Positions 57,101 to 64,000 of a stretch of DNA of 64,000 nt are shown piece by piece. The stretch's first letter is position 1. The number at the start of each line of letters is the position of its first letter. The position numbers and the translations under genes are program-made. This DNA is from Azolla caroliniana (lineage: Eukaryota; Plantae; Polypodiophyta). The notes under the pieces were generated by a model. It saw only the letters and a program-made list of their open reading frames with translations. It made no database searches and was not told the DNA's origin. The stretch lies in contig JBHGNT010000001.1 in NCBI GenBank assembly GCA_043228905.1, positions 5,642,001-5,706,000 on the forward strand, written 5' to 3'.

Positions 57101-57841
57101 CCTCAAGGACCGAAGCAGAATATGTAGCTGTGTCCAACGCGGCAAAAGAAGTTTTATGGCTCGGTCAGTTGGCGCACACATTTCGACAAGTCGACCTCAA
57201 CTCAGCTCCAGTTGTCTACAACGACAATCAGGGTGTTGTTGCTTTGTCAAAAAATCCGGTTCATCACAACAACTCCAAGCATATCGACGTTCAATATCAC
57301 TTTGTTCGGGACTACGTCATTTCAGGGAAAATCGGTGTCGAGAAGATATCCACAACCGATAATGTCGCAAATGGAATGACCAAGTGTCTTTCGGCGGATC
57401 GCTTCCGGTCCCTTCGGCACCAGATGGGCGTAACAAAAAATCAGTCTAGTTAAAGTCGGACACATAGCACAGGATGGTTTCAGACAACCGACATCGGTTC
57501 CTTGAGGATCAGCTTCAGCTCTTCTGACCCGACCGGTTCGGTCTTTTGTCCTCAGATCTTGCCGACTCGAACAAAACCGATCTGTCTGATAAACCTTGTA
57601 TATACCTGTAATTTAAGATAACCCATGTATACGCCCATTACGGGGGAGTGTCGAATACGAGTGTATAATGGGCGTATTCACACTGTCCCTTTGGACAGCC
57701 CAAGTTTGGGTTATTTTTGTAAATAGCATAAAGGGCAGTTGCCCTAGGATAGTCACTATATAAAGTGACTTTGTAATATTTAGTGGAGGTTGGTTGTCAT
57801 TTTGTAACTGTCGCTATAAGAAATAAAACGTTTCTTTGTGC

Positions 57842-57896
<55 letters not shown>

Positions 57897-57987
57897 TCTC
57901 TGTGTATCTTGTTTCATTCTCATACACAGGTTATTCACCATCACAGATGTTGTTTGTTCTTCCGCACTGACGACCTTGTCCCCAACA
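54148..57987 (+). mobile_element. Inner Ty1/Copia element (internally deleted), inserted in opposite orientation into the middle element's pol
   Basis: LTRs 54148-54444 and 57649-57987. TSD GAGAC at 54143-54147 and 57988-57992. PBS TGGTATCAGAGC at 54447-54458 and PPT GGGGGAG ending 57648. Gag RRFDGSNFNFWK, PR WLLDSGASYH, C-terminal RT IYVDNML and RH KHIDVQYHFVR. Confidence 0.95.
56724..56878 (+). repeat. ~76-bp tandem duplication inside the inner Copia RT
   Basis: CTTATGTACGCRATGGTCGCGACACG...GATATTTCTCACGTCGTAGGAGTCGTCAGYAGATTCATGCACAACCC occurs twice and shifts the reading frame. Confidence 0.9.
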
Positions 57988-60053
57988 GAGACCAAATTCT
58001 TTGTTATTGTGGGCACGTGCAAGACATTCTTGATGCAAGTTTGCTCGCCTTCTTTCTCGAATGGGACATTGCCGATATGCCGAGTGGGATGTGTGGTGTC
58101 GTCGCCCGTCTCTATGAAGCGGGGTCGGTCTGGCATTCTTATATCACAGAACCACTCTTGGTGTGACATCATATGATGTGAAGCGCTGGAGTCGATGAAC
58201 CACACGTCTTCCAAGTTGGAGGTGCTCGTGGAGTTGGAGACCGACATAGAGTTCGCTCTATGTATTATTACGAATAAACCACCGTAGTCTTCGTATTCAG
58301 AGTTGTTGGCGTAGTTTGTGAGATGTGGACTTGTTGAAACCGACGCAGTTCTCTTTTTCTAACACTCTTCTTTGCGGTGGCCGATTTTGCCACAATAGTT
58401 GCAAGCAATGGACCACGTTTTCCAACTTTGTTCAGCATGAAAGCTCCCCCTTCTTCTGAAGGTTCCTCGATGGCTTCCGTCTTGTTGTCGAAGGTTTGAG
58501 TTCCCTTCGTGTGATGGGTCGAATCCATCTCTTCTACTGCCTCGACCTCGTTCTCGACCACCATCTGAATTCGAGATGAACATTTCTCCTTCTGACGTCT
58601 TGTTTTTTATTCGGGTGTGGTTCTCTTCGACCAATAGAAGTGATTGGAGATCGAAGAACGAAGGAGGGTTTTCTCTCGCTAAGATTGCCACCCTTAACGA
58701 GTCGAATCATTGTGCAAGGCTGCCCAAGCATACTTGAACCATCTCGTCTTCGTCAACATATACGTTGATGGAGCCAAGCGAGTCGCAAATGCTCTTGATC
58801 TCGGTTGTGTAGTCCGACACAGACATATCTTTTTGCCGAATGTTGTTCAACTCTTGTCAAAGTTGAAGCTTTCGGGCAATCGTGTTGGCGGCGAACATCT
58901 TCTTCAAGTTCTCCCGTGCCTCTTTAGGCGACTTGGCATCTCGAATGTGGCTAAGCATGTGGTTGTGGACACATGTTACCAACCAATACATGACTCGACT
59001 CGCCACTTGCTCCCATGTTGAGTAGTCGGCGTTGTTTGGGTCGGGTCGATTTTCTTGTGCGTTGTTGATGTAGCTCTAATACCCTTGGCCGATGAGGTAT
59101 TGGTTCATCTTGTACTCCCAAGATGAATAATTGCTCTTGTCTAGCTTTCACCAGGGAGCAAGCAACCCATTTGTGTGTTCATTTTGACGTAGTGTCTTCC
59201 TTCTCGTGTTTCCTTCCTTCGATCACGTGCTACGTAGCAGCACTACGGTAGCGGATAACCGGAATTTGTCGTCGGCGTTTTGAACACACAATCACGGAGT
59301 TGGGTTGGCTTAGTGGATTTTCTAAACCACATGCTCTGATACCATGTTAAGAATTAGGTAATTAACTAGGGGTTAATTAGTACCTAATTATGTGATTAAG
59401 CTAAGCGGAAGATTAAGTGATATGTGTGTGAGAGGAAGAGAGAGAGGAAGTTAACACTATGAACAACGAGACAAGATGGGGGATGATTAACTATATTAAA
59501 AAGCATCATCAAATACAAAAATACCCACAATGATGTATATATAGATCTCATGTGCAAGGGTGCACATGTGTGAGGAGAATATAGGTACAAGGGTGTAAGT
59601 CCTATATTAAATGTACTTGGGAGTGGAGGATCTAGAATATCCCACTTAAGTACAAGGTCCTATTTAAGGTGTTATAGTCAACACTTCTAACTAGATTCTA
59701 TCTAGGTAACTACGAAGTCATGGTTGACTAACAAACTAAACTAAGCTGAGCTTGATTTTCTCAACAAGATGCATCCAACATTTCGGACTCCATGGGAGTG
59801 AACAACGATATCAAACAATTGAGCACAAGAACTCAAGCAAGTAACCAACTTTTGCCCCAAAAATCTCAAAATGATATCATTAAGTGCATATAACAAGCAC
59901 CACTATGCATGCACCTTCCAAAATATTAACCACAACTAGCATCTGTTTCTAAAATCCCCAAGGTGTATGCATCTGTTATGCTTCCAAATTGCTTTCAACT
60001 CTCTACCGAATGTAGTGAGGTCTCCCACCACAACTTATAGCCATTGACAAATA

Positions 60054-60203
60054 TGTTGAACAAGCGTGAGAGTTTAAATAAGAGAAATACTTGTGGATAA
60101 CTGTAAAAGAATACGTGTGCGGAAGCGTATGCGTAAGACATAGAGTACACGGTTTGGAAGTACGACAATTCGGTAAAACGCAGAAATCATAGAGAAAGAG
60201 AGG

Positions 60204-60234
<31 letters not shown>

Positions 60235-60514
60235 CAGAAACAAAAGTATATTCAAAAATTAATCTATGTATGTTCTCTGTACATACTTCGTGCTCAGTGA
60301 GCACCTTTTATACAAGCCCTGACTATTGGGCTGACACAAGTACTGACAATACTTGACCGCTCATAAATGAGCCTTCTACACTAACTCCCAAAATTATCCC
60401 TTGCGAGGAATAACGTTCTAACGGCCTCTCGGTTTACGAACCACTACGGCCATGTTGTGTGTACGGTTCTACGCACCCAGTCTACGCACCTAATGTTGAG
60501 CTTGTATCTCAACA
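60054..60514 (-). mobile_element. Probable solo LTR in the outer Copia 5' leader
   Basis: 461 bp bounded by TGTTGA...TCAACA. Its end GTTGAGCTTGTATCTCAACA resembles the middle-element LTR end GTTGAGCTTGATATCTCAACA. It has a minus-strand TATA (TGTATAAAAG) and a (GA)n tract. The TSD is imperfect (AAATA vs ATAAC). Confidence 0.65.
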
Positions 60515-62520
60515 ATAACAAACAATTTTCTTCCTATCGAAGAAAAAACCCAAAAAAAATTGATGATGCCCAACAACGAATTGATGCTTCAACCAAGTGG
60601 CTCCAATCGCCAACGTTGTTGCTACAATCTCCCAAGCTCGGATACCACTGTTACAAATCGGTAGAATAGAGAGCCAAGAGAGAATAGTTTGGTGAAGAAA
60701 AACTTTGTTTCAAAAGGGGGGGGGTGAACTGAGAAAGTGATGGTTGTATATCCTGCCACTCTATGTCATAGAGGGGTCTTACTCACATACACTATATCTC
60801 AAAAAAGGGGGAAAAGTAAAGTAAAGAGTAAACCACGAGCACATGCCATTTTGGCCTTTTCACACTATCTACATGTCTCTATGTACATATAACATGATGC
60901 AATCATATATACACTCATACAAAAGAACTGGTAGATTTTGGTTTGAGATTTGAGGTAATAGCATGTCGTTGTGATGCAAAACAACATTCTTTTGTCACGA
61001 TCAGGTAAATTAAATTCAAAAATAGATTTGGGTAGATTCTATTAAGATTAGCTCATTGATATAAAAGATTTAAGGGAGGTAAAAAAATAAAACAGAGGTT
61101 TACCTTGATGTTTCTAAAGAGGACATTCCGTTAAAGCAAAGCATCGTATCTCTGAGGATATAAACATCTTTATCATCATCATCATTATCATCATAACCAT
61201 CACCATCGTTTGTTCTTTGATGTTACAGAGAAGATTCTTTGCAGAATCATGGTTATTTCTTCAAGTAAAAAGCAGATTGTATGTGTAATAATGTCGAGGG
61301 GGTTGTCTGGTTTTAGCTTAATATTTTTTGTTGAAATTCAAGGGTATTTTGAGAAAATAATGTCCCCCTCCCCCACAATTTATTCTAAACATAAGATACT
61401 TGTTTTTTAACAACTATGATGTGGACTTATATACATTTACCATACATTTCCTCATCATTATGCATTTAGCTCATTGCTTTTCCCTACATCATCTCTATCG
61501 AGTTTTATTTTTTATCTTTTTCTTCAAATATCTAACTCTTTCCATTTGAGCTACACTCCTTTTCTGCTTACTTTTTTGTTCGGATAATCACTTTGATTAG
61601 AATCTTATGCTATGTAGTAATTGACTTTTTCACGGTTTTCTCCCTTTGCATACACCACATCACGACACCATAGCCCTCTCAATGGTTGGCCTTGGGCCTT
61701 CACTACAGTTAAACATACAAGATGGTGTAGTAGACAACACTATTGCACAATAATGACCAAGAGTTGTGCAATGAAGGATGGAGTGGGAATCCAAAGATAA
61801 AGACAGGACTTAAGAGAGTTCTTGGAGGTAGAGTGAAGAGAGATCCTAGTGGTGACGCAAGATTCTAGCAATATTAGAAGCCTAGTCTAGAGGTGAACAC
61901 AATCAAGACTGAGGAGAGCTATCAAATAAATGAGACTCTACATAACAGAGTTTAGCAATGAAGAGAGTGCCTAGTTAAGACATGAGCCTTTAGAACTAGA
62001 AGTAAAAAGAGCTTCAAGGGAAGAATGTTGGTTCTAAACATAACTAATGAGGAAAGAGGGCCTAGCAATGAAGAGAGCTAAGAGTGAAGTGGTTACCTAA
62101 TGGTTAGAAAAGGTGGTAGTTTAATGAAATCTAGGAGCGAATAAATCTAGTGTTGACACAAGAGACTTGATTTGAAGAAAGCTAGGAGCGAATAAATCGA
62201 CAAGGCTAGGAACAAAGTTGGACTACCATATTAGATGTCTATTCTAGTTCAAAATTGTTGTTCTATCACACTTTCACATATGTATGTCCATTTTTGAAAC
62301 ATCTTCATAAATCATTGTGATCATAATATGGCATTACATTAATGAGGAAGAATGTCATGATGAAAGTTTCCACTATGGCCAAGAGTATATTGAGGTGTAT
62401 GTAAAAGTGCAAGGGACAATGTGATTTTACATAAAGCTTTGCATACTTACAAAAGCTAAGAGACGATGTGATTTTAATTTTACAAAGCCAGAATATTACA
62501 ACATTATACTAGAATCAAGA

Positions 62521-62624
62521 GCTTGTTGGGAGTAGAGGCTCGTTGGAATCATGGGCTCATTGGAATAGAAGGCTTGTTAGAATCGCGGGCTCAAAAAATC
62601 ATGAGCTTGTTGGAATTAGAGGCT
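62521..62624 (+). repeat. 17-bp minisatellite, ~6 degenerate copies
   Basis: GCTTGTTGGGAGTAGAG / GCTCGTTGGAATCATGG / GCTCATTGGAATAGAAG / GCTTGTTAGAATCGCGG / GCTCAAAAAATCATGA / GCTTGTTGGAATTAGAG. Confidence 0.75.
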
Positions 62625-64000
62625 GATTGACCAATTCGACCTCTCTCTCTCTCCACGAAACCACTTGAATGGTTAAGAATGAAAACTAGGACTAATTGCA
62701 TCCAATTAACATAATAAAATTGGATTAAGTTCAAAATAAAGCTTTATAACAAGTTCCTTTTTCAAAATAGGGTTTACTATGCTATAAGAAAACATTCATG
62801 ATGTTGATTATGAGAAGCATTTATATAAGTGATAATGAGGGTAGACCGGTAAAGCTAATTGTGATGGTCCAAGATACAGGGTATAGACAAGGCCTCATCT
62901 ACGATCAATGACGACAATGCCTTTTTATTGATATAATGTTTCTTCCCTCAAACACCCCCCTAACACACTACGGTGGCTTGGTGGTGGTGCCAAAAGCCAA
63001 AAGAGGGAAAGAAGAGATGAAGGAGACGTGGTCCAATTCCACACTCACACTCACACTCACTCCCCCCTAACCCTAAGACCTAGCGAAAAGTGAAAATAAG
63101 AAAAAAGAAAAAGAAAGAAACCCTAAATTAAGAAAATAAATACTTCTTGAGCTCCTAAAACTCTCAAACACCAAAAATGACCAAACCCACAATAAGCTCT
63201 TCTTTCGTTTTTTATAGTTGAGAGAGGTGCCACCAACCGCGTTTAATGCTCACCAAGCCTTCTCTATCAAATATGTGATAATGTGTTGCCTTTACACAAA
63301 ACTAAGACTTGCACTCTACACCTCTTACCACAAAGTTTGTACCTTTCCCATTTAGCTATTTATTTTCAATGTGTTGGACTTATTACAAATTAAGTTACAT
63401 TGTTTGATTTAGATTTCTGATTGAATGGTTAAACTTTTTTTTTCCCTAATGGATTAATCAATTTAAATTTTTTTGTTTAATAGTTTAATTCATTTAACTT
63501 AAATGTGTTTTATTGAAAATTCTTTAACTTAATTTTTTAATAAGTTTAACATAAATGGTTCAATGTTGTTTCAAGTTTTCCTTAAGCCATTTGGTTTTAT
63601 CTTTTCTTGAAATAGTTTGATTTGGTTTAAATGGCTTGGTAGTTCTTAAACAGTTTGCTATTGTCCAAATTTCAAGAGGTACACCACATTGGTTGTGTTA
63701 AACCAACAGAGACCGATTTTTGAAGTGTCAATCTTCGATAGCAAACTGTTTATTAGGTTGGATGTAGTATAACCCAAATACTTGACTGAATGTGTCGTCA
63801 TCTTGACAAGAAACATCTCCATCAACAGTCGAACAATATTGCAAGGGTGTAGCCCTTCTACATTAACCCTCCATGTGTCGACTAACAATTGCACCATCAC
63901 TTCGATGCCTTGATTTGCAAGATGTAGAAAAGCTCATTAATAGTTGCCTCCTTATCCACAATATTGCAAGTAGATGATCACTTCAGAATTGAACAACAAG

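Larger units (their letters stand above)
52115..59766 (-). mobile_element. Middle Ty1/Copia element (gag-PR-IN, no RT/RNase H), inserted in the outer element's 5' leader
   Basis: LTRs 52115-52537 and 59345-59766. TSD AGATG at 52110-52114 and 59767-59771. PBS TGGTATCAGAGC (59333-59344, minus) and PPT TGAGGGGGTG next to 52537. Gag with CNYCGKIGHRKEEC, PR WFIDSSASHH and IN YYVTFIDDYS. Confidence 0.95.
47762..60894 (-). mobile_element. Outer Ty1/Copia LTR retrotransposon (complete domain set, mutated), host of nested insertions
   Basis: LTRs 47762-47962 and 60649-60894 (TGTTA...TAACA). TSD TGATG at 47757-47761 and 60895-60899. On the minus strand: PBS TGGTATCCGAGC (~60636-60647) and PPT AGTGGGAGAT (47963-47972). 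Confidence 0.95.

Noticed and set aside
57780-58247. 155-aa ORF fusing a protease with an (ER)n tail as a novel chimeric protein
   Set aside because: Read-through from the middle element's protease into the antisense inner 3' LTR and its (CT)n tract.
61700-64000. Possible coding or TE remnant at the window end (including ORF 63658-63900)
   Set aside because: No recognisable domain or termini, and it is truncated by the window edge.

Overview
Eukaryotic nuclear DNA from a land plant. The PLS-type PPR remnant and the LTR families look fern-like, which is an inference. The left ~45 kb is gene-rich. It holds, in order: a HUA2/HULK-like PWWP-CID gene (-), a MAPEG/microsomal GST3-like gene (-), an intronless METTL21-like (family 16) lysine methyltransferase (+), a RING-H2 E3 ligase (+), a SIN3-like PAH co-repressor (+), a BPA1-like RRM protein (+) and an intron-containing tRNA-Tyr(GUA). 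LINE and Copia remnants lie between these genes. The right part holds a decayed PPR pseudogene and a 'Russian-doll' nest of three Ty1/Copia elements (47762-60894 > 52115-59766 > 54148-57987). Each has both LTRs, a PBS, a PPT and a perfect 5-bp TSD. A probable solo LTR sits in the outer element's leader. I found no clearly new protein-coding system. The most unusual signals are the retroelement nest (reciprocal deletions, an LTR-age paradox, hairpins around the PPT and PBS) and possible post-transcriptional control elements on the SIN3-like gene. All coordinates and mismatch counts were read by eye.
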